Source: the human T2T-CHM13v2.0 reference genome, Homo sapiens
NCBI RefSeq assembly: GCF_009914755.1
Contig: NC_060930.1
Length of the DNA: 64,000 nt
Strand: one strand, 5' to 3'
Shown here: one piece after another, positions 14,176 to 28,107 of the stretch
How the letters are laid out: the number at the start of each line of letters is the position of its first letter
How positions within the stretch are numbered: the stretch's first letter is position 1
Notes under the pieces: model-generated
The model's database searches: none
Seen by the model: only the letters and a program-made list of their open reading frames with translations
Told to the model about the DNA's origin: nothing
Made by a program: the position numbers and the translations under genes

Positions 14176-17100
14176 AAGCCCACAAAGTGTCTCAAACTAA
14201 GTAACTTATATGCAAAAGGTAGGGAAATGGGGAGGTGAAATTTGCACAATATTTTAAGTTATGTAGGAAAAACAATGCTGCTAAGTAGAAATAAGTTTGA
14301 TTAAAACAATTCAGTAAAATCAAAGAATCAATTAGTACAATTAATTAAAAGATAGAAGTAAAATATGCTGACAAAGTGTGCCATGGTCCAGTTACTGCCA
14401 GGAAGATTGGTGATATATTAACCATTCAGAAGCCAATTTCTTCATTTTTGAATAGACATCACCCAAAATTTAACTGGCTTATATCTTACAGCAATATAGG
14501 AGCAAATCAAATCACTGAGATTATTAAAGGTATATTTTGCAATCAGTTTGCCTTGAAAAGTTCACCAAGAAATTCTATATTTAAAGCTGGATATTTCATA
14601 GATGCTTACTGAATTATTTTTATGGTTGAACTGGCTTTTTCTAACACTCACTCCAGAAAATTTCTAGGCTAAAGTTATTACAGTTAGGCTCCAAGAAATA
14701 GAACTTTCTTGCTTGCATCATTAATTTTTCACTGTGGTTGAGCAAAGCAAAATATTATCTTCTGCATGTGAATTACCTAGGTTCACTTCTATTAGGAAAT
14801 CAGATTGTCATTAGGGTCCTTAAATCCGAAAAGAGAATGTCAGTCCTATTTTCCAGCTCACCTGTCTATTAAGGAATAAGATTCTGAATTTAGGCAACAA
14901 TGGATTGTCTGCACTCCAGGAACTTGTAATCATAGCCTCATGCCCATGTCCTCCAAGTTACTGTCAAAATTCCATTGACAGAAGCACTATTTAAGGATTT
15001 TCTAAACTTTGAATAAGTGGCCCATAAATTGTAAACTTCAGTTTGTCCTACATTAAGTTGAAACTGTGAGAGCTATGCAGCTTGACCACATTGTCTGATC
15101 CCTGTAAAACTGCTCTTACTGAATTAACTGTGCTTAATAATTATGTTAGCAATGCACATTGAGGGATGCAAAAAGAAACAATTCTGGGATATTCATTGTT
15201 GTCTCAGCATGAGGACATTACTGATGATTCATTAAATGTCACAGAATGGTCTTTATGAAAACACAGCAAACATTCTCATAGGAATAAACATTGAGAATAA
15301 TTGTCCTTATTTTGAGTTTTAATCATATTCACAGCAAATTATGTATTTTTATGTTTATTTCTCCAGATTGGCTGCTAGAAGATTCAAAGGTAAACCTGTG
15401 GTCCAAGTGCAGCAAGTGGGGAAGGCCTCAGCATGCATTTTGTGTGCTAACCTCATCCCTGGTTTCATTTTATTTCTCTAATTCTATTCCTCTCTTTTCT
15501 GATTAACTCATTTTTTTCTTCGTTTCATTGTTTTATTTTGCATATTTGTAAGTTGTCACATAACCTTTTGAAGTAAAAGGCAGTGCAAAATTGCTAACAC
15601 CCACGTTTAGAGTATCCAGAGGTTTGTCTGTGAGAAATCTACATGCCTGTGAACACGCACCAAAGCCAGCCTTGTTTTGAAGATGGAAAAATGAACCAAT
15701 GACCCATCTAAATGTATTAACTTATTACCTGGGCAAAGACACACACACATACACTCCAGCACAAAATTAAAACTGTATTTAAAGATCAGAACTCAACAGA
15801 TCAAGAATTTAGGGCAGCTACCCAAATAAACGGATTTACAGCTCAAGCAAAAGACAAAACTCTGGCAAGAAAATGAGGCATCGGTGTGCAAATCAAAGCA
15901 AAGAGTCTAGGCAGTAAATGGGATCAAATAACACATCAAACTAACATATTTTCCCCAGTCAATAGCTCATGATTTATTTTAAGCAAAGACTAGTCCTCAA
16001 GGGTAGAGGTAAGAGTAATCATCTGAATGGAATAAAGGTAAAAGGCTGGGGAAAAAAGAGATAGCGATAAATTCCTGTGAGTAATCCACCTAGAAGAGCA
16101 AACGTGACCTGGTTTTATAGGCACAGACTTAAAGATAATGGAGTTTCTTGCTGTAGAAGGATATTCATAGCAAATTCTTTTATTTCCTCAGAGGTTTTCC
16201 CTCATATTTTTCTGTCCATAAATGTAGCCTGTCATCTAGGATCAAAGTATTTCCTTTCCTGGAGAAACTCTGACAAAATATTAATTGCCAATTGTTCTTT
16301 TGACATTCTCGCTGCAGATCACCACCCCATTTGCCTCATGTCATTCTGCCTACGAGAAGCAAAAGAGGCTGAGAGTTAAAAGTGACTAAGAAGTGGGCAG
16401 AAGTCCACATCTGTGACCAGGAGGCTGTGTTTAAAGTTTCAGCTTTTTCTGCAGGTCAAGTTCAAATGGAGTGATAAGAAAGAAAAAGTTTGCTTTAGCG
16501 TCTCAGCTCCCCCAAAGAGATAATAATTATCCCTTTGAGGAGAGCATGTGTAACTAAAGAGGTTTAGTCAGAACAGATAACTTGGTTCTGATAGTCTTCT
16601 AAGGAAGAGGCAAGGCTATGATACAGTGCATGTAAGCTCAGTGTTAAAAATGTTATACAATGGAAAATCCAGACCAGTTGCTCAAAGCAGAATCACTACC
16701 ATATATATGATTTATGTAATCACAACTTTATAGGCATTAGTGTATTTGCCTGCTGCTAATATACCCCAAAGGATACATCTTGAGGTATTCTCAAGACAAC
16801 ACCTATTTGTTTTAGTTTGGAAGAAGGACAGGAGGTTTTAGTTTGGAAGAAGGAAGCAGACCTCATGAGAACCCCCAGGTATGCCCAATATTATTGTATT
16901 TTTTCTGTCAAAAGAAGCCACATTATGCTGAGATCTTTGGAGTTGTGTTTTATCTTATATTTTGAGCACACAAGAGTTTCCAAATCAATCTTGCAAGGTA
17001 GCTTTTTAAATTGAAAAAATTCTTGGATACAGCATTTTATGTACATCAATGAAGGGAATCCTTGATGGGTGCTATAAAATCTTCACATGATGTTAAAAAT

Positions 17101-19011
17101 CAATGTATCCAAAAATTAATGTAATTTAGGCTGTTGCTACTTGGCATTTGCTAGCAAACACAAGGCAAATTCACTTAAATCTCTTCTGTTTGAATTATCA
17201 CCCTTTATTATATCAAGTAGAAGTGGCCAAGAATGGCTTACTACTACCAATAGGATGGATTCTTAATATGCCTGGACCTTTTGCCTGTAACTACTGGCTG
17301 AATAGCACAGTATGTTGTTCTTTCCCTAAGTTATCTGGAGAGCCCATTTACACTGTTCTGCTGTTATACCTCATTGTATAAAATGGGGAGCTTTTACTAC
17401 CAGTATTACTTTACCTAAAGACACTGTGTCTTTTTCTATTGTGAGAATTACTCCTGTCCCTATCCCCAGAATATTAGAGTTTGTTCATTGTTTTTAGCAT
17501 AGCATTTAGTATACTCTGTGTTTATTTTCTGCATCACTGAGTTGTATTTCTAAGCTTTTGCCTTGCTAATCAGGGACTGAAAAATACTAGCGAAAGACTG
17601 GCTACAGATTATCTTTTAATAGTTAAGACTATATCATATTTATTAATACTTCCAACACATGTACTGTCTAAATCCAACTGACAAATTCCAAACAGTAGAC
17701 CTAGAATTCTCAGTATCGAATGAGCTATAAAACCATATAATGACATGCACAACTCTATTTGGAAATAAATGGTTAGACTGAAGAATTCAACTCGAGTTAA
17801 TAATTTGTGTAGTCACAGTAACCTTTGTAGTTTTTCGTAAGGATTATTTGCTATGTCATTGGACAGCCCTAATTTAGCATCAGGCAAGAGTATTTGAGGA
17901 GAATGGTATGAGGACCAGAGCTACAAGATGATGTATATTTTCATTATTGTTCTCTTCCTATGATGATATTATGTCAAAGTATGTTTTAAACTAATCCATG
18001 TCCTTGTTTAAACTCTACACAAACTTAACTCATAGAGACAAAGCATTCTAAGTAGAAGCATTATTTCATCCTTTTTAGCTTTGTATTCATAATAACTTTA
18101 TTGAATTGATTCTCTACCATGACCCAAGAATATAGTGTATCTTTATAATAAGAAACGGTGACTCACCATCACCCCACCTTGCTCCTCTTTATCTATTATA
18201 ATCTACTAGCTTTCCATGGCTGGGTTAAACTCCTAGCCTTGGTTCCTGAAATCCAGAACCATAATCAATACATACATAATTAATAATCCAGAATTAACTT
18301 CATACCATATGGTAGGTAGTAACTATGGTGCCTGTGAACAAGCTTCATAATTACAAGAAATTAGTCCCTCCAGTTTTATTCTTGCTTCTAGATCCAGTTC
18401 AAAACAACATCAAGAACAGAACTCAAAGCAGTAAATGCAAAGCATAGCTGCCTTTGCAGTTAAGTTCCAGTTTGCTGCACCTGTTGAAAAATACAATAAA
18501 AAGAGCAAAATCATTTCACCATCCAGTTGGGGTAGAGGTTTAAAACTAGAAGATGAAGACTGTGCCCAAAGCATCAAAAGTGCCAAGTAAAGACCAAGAC
18601 AAGGGATTGCAAAACACACACTCAACTCAGAGATAAATGAAGCATGGGAAGTGTGGGCAGGACAGGTGAGAGGTCCATGAGACAGGACATGAGAAAAAAG
18701 ATGAGATAACCTGAACTGTAAGCTACCAAAGCAGGCCACTGGTTTAAAGGAGGGAATACAGTGTAAAGGAAGGCAAGCTGGGTCACTATGACTAGGGCAA
18801 GCAAATCTCTGAACTTCAGGAATTCAGGGACAGTAAGGCAACAGCTTCATGAACCAATAGAAAGAATAAGCCGGCTCCAGAAACAAGGAGAGATCATCTT
18901 CATCATCGTTTACCCTTTTCTTATAGGCTGTTGAGCATAAGTAAGCTGACAGGTGGAAGCAGCAACTGGAGTTAAAGAGAGCACAGGATTCCATAGCCTT
19001 GGGTATGTCCA

Positions 19012-19494
19012 TGTAGGGGAGAAAAAGATTTCTTTCCTCAGTCCTCTCTAGGTTCATGTCTGAGACTCTATTACAAAAGACAGATTAACAAGAGACAAAA
19101 AAGACAAATTCATTTAATATAAATTTTACAAGACATGGGGACCTTCAAAAGTGAAGACTCAATGAAACAGTGAGACCTGTGTATTTTTATGTACAGTCAT
19201 GCAGAATTATGATTGGAAGACAAAAGGTTATGATATAATGATAATAAACTTGAGCAAGATCTGTTTATTCAGATTCTTCTTGGCATCTCTGCATCTTCAA
19301 AGACATTCCTTTCCTCTGAATAAAGGGTAGACTCACCTAGAATGAAGGACTTCTTCAGAGGAAGGTCAGAAAATTCTTTTATGTCCTACTTCAGGGAAGA
19401 AGGCAGGAGAAGTCAAAAGTGACCTTCCTGTTTCTGCAGTTTCCTCAAATGCCAAGGTGCCATATTTTAAAGTAACATGTCCCAGACCCCATTA
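19012..19494 (-). mobile_element. ERV1 solo LTR, MER31-like; TSD TCCA/TCTA
   Basis: Minus strand reads AAAATATGGCACCTTGGCATTTGAGG; plus strand ACAAAAGACAGATTAACAAGAGA. Confidence 0.75.
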
Positions 19495-21029
19495 TCTATG
19501 CTATAGCTATCTGAAAGAGAACAGCCAAAATTATAGGGGGCCGTCAGATGTTTCATTGGTTGCAATGTTCATACTACAGAAGCCTACTATCCAGTATAAC
19601 AAGACTTGATCAAGTTGGTTGGTTAACTGAGAAAGATAGATTGTTAAATCAAGCAAGCATTAAAAGTCGATATGTAATGACACACAGCGTACATTTCATT
19701 TTTACTGAAACCACATAGGAGCGCAATCATTCACTAAGATTTTGGTTTAGAATCAAAACTTCTCATTAGCATTCAGATTCACTGGTTGAAATTCTGCATT
19801 GTCTATTTATAATTGGATAATACATCATCTATGACGTCAAGTTTTAATGTCTGTAAGTGAACTTACAGGCATTTGCAATACCCCCTGAGTGAAGAATTCT
19901 TCCAGATTTTTATTACTGCTCCTCCCTCAACCTTTATAACAGTTTTGTCTACACCTAATTCTACAGTAATAATTTGGCAGCTTACTTTATGTAGATTTGA
20001 TGCCTATTTGGGGGAAGTGGGGAGGCAGCTTACATTTTGTGTAGCTTTTTTACACAAAAAATTCAATAACAATCCTCTCCTGCATTCTTTTCATAGAATA
20101 TGTAATATTTACTTAAATTATGAAAGTATAAGGTTAGAGTTAGGGTACAAGTAACATAAACAAGTTTGAGACCAAGCACAATTTATTCTTGGTTAGCATA
20201 CAACTCAATGGAGAGCACAATTAATCTGGCAAGTTAATTTGGTGGCAGTTGGTTACGAGACTCTAATTTCACAGTGTAATTTTTACATTCAAATATGGTT
20301 TTTACCTGCTAAATTTGACAATGATAGCTTCGTAAAACCATAGGAAGATATAAACTGCTTCTAAATTAAAAGAAGTTTGTTCTTCCCGGAAAATTATTTC
20401 TGGCATTTACTGGATTGTATGACCCCAATATTAACAAATGCCAAGAACAGGTTTAAGTTGATAGAAAGGCCAGGCACAAACATCACATACTAGGTTGACT
20501 TATCTCAAGGATAGAGAAGCAAGTCAGTAAAGAGCTGCATTAGTGTTATCAGCAACATTTTCCTGGCCAGAAGGAGCTGTAACCACATAGAAACCCAGTT
20601 CTCACTACCTTAGCATGAATTGAGTGAGGCTCCACTGCTCTTCTCCAAATTAAGCCACAGATTTGAATTTTATATACATACTTATATACATATGGGTGGA
20701 GCAGTTCTTCTAACAGACTAGTCTAGACACGAGCTTGGGATAACCTCATCTGAGCCAAGTACAACTCATCAAAATAAAATATTACAAAAAGTCAGGTACA
20801 GAATAAACATATGAAGACATAGACACAGTTTTCATTTATCATCCCTGCCCTCCCTCGCTTAACACAGCCAGGATTAGTACTTTACAGTACTAATGATATC
20901 TTCTTGACATAGAGCTGCTGAAAAGAGAGCAGAGAACTGTTAGACAGCTGTCTCTGAAGGTCATGCTAATGAGTTCTTACACCAGTCCCTGGTCTTGTGC
21001 ACAGGTGTTAGGTGAAAAAATGTTTCATA

Positions 21030-21221
21030 GTCAAAATGTGGAAAACACTTGGTTCAATAAGTTAAACAGGGTTCTTTACTGCAATACTTTAATATTAGTT
21101 GTTTATCAGGAGGAGGCTATAAATACCAGTGTTTCCTAAACTAATTTCAACTCAATTCAATTTGTTTTCAGCATGCATTACCCAAGATCAAAATTCTACA
21201 GCACACCATTTGGGAAATGCT
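21030..21221. mobile_element. hAT-Charlie MITE (MER103C-like)
   Basis: AAGTTAAACAGGGTTCTTTACTGCA and TTTGGGAAATGCT terminal motif. Confidence 0.5.
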
Positions 21222-21489
21222 TCTACAGCTTGTACTCTGTGCTTCATGTGTGTGTTTGGCTCCTAACTCTAAGGGCAGAACTTCTTTAACTTATACTTGA
21301 GTTTCACATTTTATCTTAATGTGGAACTTTTAGACCTATGTCCAAATACCTGCACCATTTTGAGAACTGAAAGAAAATTTAAAAAGTCAAATGTTCTCTT
21401 TGCCCTTCAGTTTTCTATAAGGTAGTTAGGAACACATACACATGCAGCAGCCAAACTGTAATTTGTGGTAGTAATAGAAGAAACAGAAC

Positions 21490-21680
21490 CTATGAGTTTT
21501 TGGGTATCTGTTGTGTCTCATATGCTATGCTAGCTTCCTTATATATATGATCTAAGTCCCCAAACACGAGTAGATATTATTCCGATTTTCATATGGGAAA
21601 ACTGAAACTCAGAAGTGTTAAATACTGTGCCCAAAGTCACACAACTAGTTAGTGGCAGAGATGTAATTTAGTGGTTCTAA
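21490..21680 (-). mobile_element. MIR SINE
   Basis: GGGAAAACTGAAACTCAGA...TGCCCAAAGTCACACAACTAGTTAGTGGCAGAG core. Confidence 0.75.
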
Positions 21681-21761
21681 TAAGATGCTTGGAATTTTGA
21701 ATTTTCAACAAATTCCTTGGATTATTCTTCTCATCAGAAAATTTGGGAGCCCGTCAGTGGT

Positions 21762-22104
21762 CCTTATTGCTCAAAGCGTGGTCCAGCAACCCACAGCATC
21801 AGCATCACCATCACCTGGGAGCTTCTCAGACTTGCAGCATCTCAGGCTCCCTATAACTACAAAAGCAGAAGCTGCATGTTAATAGATATTCAGGTGATTC
21901 TTACCCACCTTAAAGTACAGCACTCACTGTGCTTCTCCAACTTTAAGGAATGAATCAGATAAATCACCTGGGATCTTTGTAAAATGCGGATTATGATTCA
22001 ATAGTTCTGTGGCCTGAAACGGGCTCAAGATCCAGCAATTTTCAGCAAGCTCCCAGGTGACTCAGATTGCTTGTCTGTGGACTGTCACACTTTGAAGAGC
22101 AAGG
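21762..22104. mobile_element. Two MER5B-like MITEs in inverted orientation
   Basis: Starts CCTTATTGCTCAAAGCGTGGTCC, ends GGACTGTCACACTTTGAAGAGCAAGG; junction ~21925. Confidence 0.7.
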
Positions 22105-22130
22105 GTCTAAACTAAGTTCTGTGTGAGGAT

Positions 22131-22465
22131 TAATACTATTAAACAGACATTTTATAGTATTTAATTTATACATTATTTTATACATATATATTTATACATT
22201 TATACATATATAATTTATACATTATATATGTATATATACATATATATGTATATATATAATTTATACATTAATTTATACATATATATTTAATACTATATAT
22301 GTATATTATACATATAAATGTATATGTATAATACTATACATTTAATACTATAATAGTATTTAATTTATTATTTAATATTTATTATTTAATATTTATTAAT
22401 ACTATACATTAAATATACTATAATGTTTAATACTATTAATAGACATTTATAAATACTATTAAATG
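22131..22465. repeat. AT-rich (TA/TATACA) low-complexity tract bounded by a ~25-nt direct repeat
   Basis: TAATACTATTAA(AC/T)AGACATTT(T)ATA at 22131 and 22428. Confidence 0.9.
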
Positions 22466-25400
22466 ATGACCGGATGGTGCCTACATTAACAAGGAAAGGC
22501 CTAAAGCTTAAACAAGCTGGATTAGTCACCTCAGTATTTTAAGGTCTGAATACTTTTTGTTAACTTTAGTCCTATCCCTACCCCCATCACCATCACCAGG
22601 GTAACTTTCATTTCTATTTCTCCTTCCGGTAACAAAGCTTCTCACCATGAAGCATAGCACTGAAAAGGGCCCTCTTTAGTCATAGCAGTGTTCCTATACT
22701 ACATAATTTGTCCAAAGTATCCATTCATCTATTGCCATCAAGCCATCATTATTATAGTGGTTGTAACACTAATTTGGTAAGCGAGAGATGGTGTGATTAC
22801 TTCCACAGCAGTTACTCCATCATTTCTGAACTTTCAAGTCACTCAACTTTCATATTAAAAATAGGTTTGGTCTGACAAATCTTTTTTAAAAGCCTCCATT
22901 TGAGGCACTTTCAGCTGCCGAAAAAACTTGTCCTTTCTATAACCTATCTTTAATGCTGGCCAGTTTTAACAAATGGCTTTACAGCTTTTGTTAAAGAAAG
23001 TTTTGTCTACATAATGTGATGCCGTACCATTATCAAATAATAAGAAGTCAACTATAAGTAATCTAGAATCTTCATTACCAAGTGATTTGTTCAGAAGCCA
23101 GTTGTCATTTTAGTTATTAATTGGAAGTACCCAAATTAAAATAATAATGTTATAGATAAATGAAAAACAAAAGTAACAGAAGTGGTATTTCTCAGTGCAT
23201 AAATTTGGGGATTTGAAGAAGATAAGGACATTTATGTTGAAAAACATTCCATGTTGAATAAAAATAAGATAACAAAGCATATATAAATATAGCCTGTACT
23301 GCATATGAAAATAAGCCCAGTAAAGAATTGTAGCCTTGAGGCATTTCTTTTTTTTCTTATTTAGTTTTAATTTTTGTGGGTACCTAGTAGGTATATATAT
23401 TTATGGGGTACATAAGATATTTTGATACACACATGCAATGTGTAATAATCACATCACTATAAATAGGGTCTCTATCCCCTCAAGCATTTTATCTTTTATG
23501 TTACAAACAATCCAATTATACTTTTCAGTTATTTTTCAATGTAAAGTTAAATTATTTTTGACTATAGTAACCCTGTTGTGCTATCAAATACAAGGTCTTA
23601 TTCTTTCTAGCTATTTTTTTGTACCCACTTATGATCTCCACTTTTCCCCCCAACACCCCGACTATCCTTCCCAGCCTCTGGTAACCATCCTTCTACTCTC
23701 CATCTCTATGAGGTCATTTGTTTTATTTTTAGCTGCCACAAATAAGTGAGAACATGCAAAGTTTTTCTTTCTGTGCCTGGCTTATTTCACCTAACATAAT
23801 GACCTCTAATTCCATCTGTGTTGTTGCAAATGACCAGATCTAATTCTTTCCGTGGCTAAATAATACTCCATTGTGTATATGTACAACATTTTCTTTATCC
23901 ATTCATCTGTTGATAGACACTTAGGTTGCTTCCAAATCTTGGCTATTTTGTATAGTGCTGCAATAAATATGGGAGTGTGGCATATCTTTCTGATATACTG
24001 ATTTCTTTTCTTTTGGGTAATGTATCTAGGAGTGGGATTGCTAGATCACATTGTTGCTCTAGTTTTAGGTTTTCGAGAAGCCTAGAAACTATTCTCCATA
24101 GTGGTTGTACTAATTTACATTTCCACCAACAGTGTACAAGGATTCACTTTTCTCCAGATCTTCACCAGCATTTGTTATCGCCTGTCCTTTGGCTAAAAGC
24201 CATTTTAACTGAGGTGAAGTGAGGTGATATCTTATTGTAGTTTTGATACGCATTTCTCTAATGATCAATGGTGTTAATTGAGCACCTTTTCATATACTTG
24301 TTAGTCATTTGTATGTCTTCCATTGAGAAATGTCTATTCAGATCTTTTGCCCACTTTGCAACTGGATTATTTGATTTTTTCCTATAGAGTTGTTTGAGCT
24401 CCTTATATATTCTGATTCTTAATCCCTTGTCAAATGGGTAGTTTACAAATATTTTATCCCATGCTGTGGATTGTATCTTCACTTCGTTGTTTGTTTCCTT
24501 TGCTGTGCAGAAGCTCTTTAACTTCATGTGATCCCATGTGTCCAAATTGCTTTGATTTCCTGTGTTTGTGGAGTATTACTCAATAAATCTTTGCCCAGTC
24601 CAATGTCCTGAAGAGTTTCCCTAATGTTTTCTTGTAGTAGTTTCATTGTTTGAGGTTTTAGATGTAAGGATTTAAACCATTTTGATTGATGTTTGTATAT
24701 GGTGAGAGACAGGGGTCTAGTTTCATTCTTCTGCATATGGATATCCAGTTTTACCAGCAACATTTATTGAAGAGACTTGTCCTTTCTTGGCAATTTAGTG
24801 AATAATGGGTATACTGTAACTGTATGGATGTATTTCTGGGCTCTCTGTTCTATTCCATTGGTTGATGTGTCCGTGTTTATGCCAGTGCCATGCCATTTTG
24901 GTTACTATATCTCTGGAGTGTAATTTGAAGTCAGGTAATGGGATTCCTCCAGTTTTGTCCTTTTTACTTACGATAGCTTTGGCTATTCTGGGTCTTTTGT
25001 GGTTTCATATAAATTTTGAGACTGCTTTCTAGTTTTGTGAAGAATGTCTTTGGTATTTTGATATGGATTTTATTAAATCTGTAGATTGCTCTCAGTAGAA
25101 TGGACATTTTAACAATAAAGACTCTTCCAACCCATGAACATCGAATATCTTTCCATTTTTTTGTCCTCTTTAATTTCCTGCATCAATGTTTTATAGATGT
25201 CATTGTAGAGATTTCTCATTTCCTCGGTTAATATGTAGGCATTTAATTTTAATTGTAGCTATTGTAAATGGGATTACTTTCTTGACTTCTTTTTCTGATT
25301 GTTCGTTGTTCGCATGTAGAAATGCTACTGATTTTTGTCTGTTGATTTCATATGCTGTAACTTTACTGAATCTGTATATCAGTTCTAATCGTTTTTTGGT

Positions 25401-26139
25401 GGAGTCTTTAGGTTTTTTCAAATATAAGACCTATCATCTGCAAACAAGAATAAGTTAACTTATTCCTTTCCAATTTGGGTGCCCTTTATTTCTTTCTCTT
25501 GTATGATTGCTTAAGCTAGGACTTCCAGTACTATGAAAAATTACAGTGGTGAAAGTCAGCATCCTTGCCGTGTTCCAGATCTTAGAGGAAAGGCTTTCAG
25601 TTTTTTCTCATTCAGTATGATACTAGCTGTGGATCTCTCATATATGACTTTTATTATGTTGAGGTATGCTCCTTCAATACTAAGTTTTTTGAGGTTTTTA
25701 TCGTGAAGGGACGTTGAATTTTATCAAATGTTTTCCCAGCATCGATGGAAATGATTATATTTTTTGTCCTTCATTCTGTTGATATAATGCATCACATGGA
25801 TTGATTTGTATATGCTGAAGCATCTTTGAATTCCTAGGATAGATCCCACTTAGTCATGACAAATGATATTTTAATATGTTGTTGAACTCTATTTTCCAGT
25901 ATTTAGCTTAGAATTTTTGCGTCAGTATTAATCAGTGATATTGGCCTGTAGTTTTCTTTCTTTTTTTTTTTTTTTTTTTTTTGATGTGCCATTGTCTCAT
26001 TTTGATATCAGGGTAATATTGACCTCATATAATAAGTTTGGAAGAATTCACTCCTCCTCTATTTTTTGGAATAGTTTGAGTAGAAATGATATTAGTTCCT
26101 TAGTGTTTGGTTGGATTCATCAGTGAAGCCATTGGGTCC

Positions 26140-26514
26140 TGTATTAATCTGTTTTCATACTGCCTTAAAGAACTTCTCAAGACTGAGTAATTTATAAAGG
26201 AAAGAGGTTTACATGACTCACAGTTCAGCATTCCTGGAGAAGCCTCAGGAAATTTACAATCATGGCAGAAGGCAAAGGGGAAGCAAGGCACCTCCTTCAC
26301 AGGCAGAAGGAAGGAGAAGTGCCAAGTGAAAGGGGAAGAGCCCCTCACAAAACCATCAGATTTCATGAGAACTTACTATCACAAGAACAGCATGTGGGAA
26401 ACCACTCCCATGATTCAGTTGCCTCCACCTGGTTGCTCCCTTGACATGTGGGGATTATGGGGATTATACAATTCAAGATGAGATTTGGGTGGGACACAAA
26501 GCCTAACCATATCA
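26140..26514 (-). repeat. THE1D 3' LTR
   Basis: TG...CA termini; purine-rich PPT-like tract on minus strand at 26515-26535. Confidence 0.9.
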
Positions 26515-27206
26515 TTCCACCCTGGCTCCTACCAAATGTCATACGCCTTTCACATTTGAAAACCAATCATGCCTTCCAAAAAGTCTCCAAACTCTTAATC
26601 ATTTCAGCATTAACCCACAAGTCCAAGTCCAAAGTCCCATCTGAGACAAGACAAGTTCCTTCTCCCTGTGAGCCTATAAAATCAAAAACAAGTTAGTTAC
26701 TTCTTAGATACAGTGGGGGTACAGGAATTGGGTAAATATACCTGTTCCAAATGGGAGAAATTGACCAAAACAAAGGGGCTACAGGCCCCATGCAAGTCCA
26801 AAATTGAGTGGGCAGTCAATTCTTAAAGCTCCAAAATGATTTACTTTGACTTAATGTCTCACATCCAGGTCACACTGATGCAAGAGGTTGGCTCTGATGG
26901 CCTTGGGCAGCTCTGCCTCTGTGGCTTCACAGGATATATCCCCCCTCCAGGCTGCTTTCACAGGGTGGCAATGTTTGTGGCTTTTCCAGGTGCACAGTGT
27001 GAGCTGTCAGTGGTTCTACCATTCTAGGGCCTGGAGAATGGTGGCCCTCTTCTCACAGCTCCACTAGGCAGTGCCCAAGTGGTGACTCTGTGTGGGGACT
27101 CCAACCTCACATTTTCCTTCTGCACTGCCCTAGAAGAGGTTCTCCATGAAAGCGCCACTCCTGCAGCAAACTTCTGCCTGGACACCCAGGCATTTCCATA
27201 CATCCT

Positions 27207-28058
27207 CTAAAATCTAAGCAGAGGTTCCCAAATCTCAACTCTGGACATCTGTGCACCTGAAGGCCCAACACCATGTGTAAGCTTCCAAGGCCTGGGGCTT
27301 GCACTCTCTGAAGCAACAGCCTGAACTGCATGTGGCCACAGCTGGTATGCAGGGCACCAAGTCTCAAGATTGCAGAAAGCCACAAGGCCCTGAGCTGATC
27401 CCAGGAAACCATTTGTTCTCCTAGGCCTCTGGGGCTGTGATTGGAAGGGCTGCCAGGAAGACCTCTGACATGCTTTGGAGACATTTTCCGCATTGTGTTG
27501 GTCGTTAACATTTGGCTCCTTGTTACTTGTGCAAATTTCTGCAGCTGGCTTGAACTTCTCCTCAGAAAATATGTTTTTCTTTACTGTCACATCATCAGGC
27601 TGCAAATTTTCCAAACTTTAATGCTCTGCTTCCCTTTTAAACATAAGTTCCAATTCCAAATAATCTCTTTGTGAATGCATAAAACTGAATGCTTTTAAAA
27701 GCACCCAAGTGACATCTTTGCTTTGTTGCTTAGAAATTTCCTCCACTAGATATGCTAAATCATCTCTCTTGAGTTCAATGTTCCAAAGATCTCTAGGGCA
27801 GGGACAAAATGCCACTAGTCTCTTTGTGAAAGCATAGCAAGAATCACCTTTATTGCAGTTCTCAACAAGTTCCTCATCTCCATTTGAGACCACCTCAGCC
27901 TGGACTTCATTGTCCATATCATTATTGGCATTTTGGTCAAAGCCACTCAACAAGTCTCTAGGAAGTTCCAAACTTTCCCACATCTTCCTATCTTCTTCTG
28001 AGCCCTCCAAACTGTTCCAACCTCTGCCTGTTACCCTGTTCCAAAGTATCTTCCACAT
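27207..28058 (-). pseudogene. THE1-internal (MaLR) ORF remnant
   Basis: MWESLELPRDLL...AFCPCPRDLW...EAEH*-ENLQPD...EEKFKPAAEIC is the typical MaLR-int reading frame; the two track ORFs are in one frame split by a single stop at 27618-27620. Confidence 0.8.
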
Positions 28059-28107
28059 TTTCGGGTATCTTTATAGCAGCACCCCACTTTCTGTAGTACA
28101 AATTCAG

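Noticed and set aside
14200-16400. Cluster of TCF/LEF-like WWCAAAG motifs suggesting a Wnt enhancer
   Set aside because: About four hits in 2 kb of AT-rich DNA is not clearly above chance; needs conservation or ChIP data
22131-22465. CRISPR-like or satellite array
   Set aside because: No constant repeat with unique spacers; simple AT low-complexity eukaryotic tract
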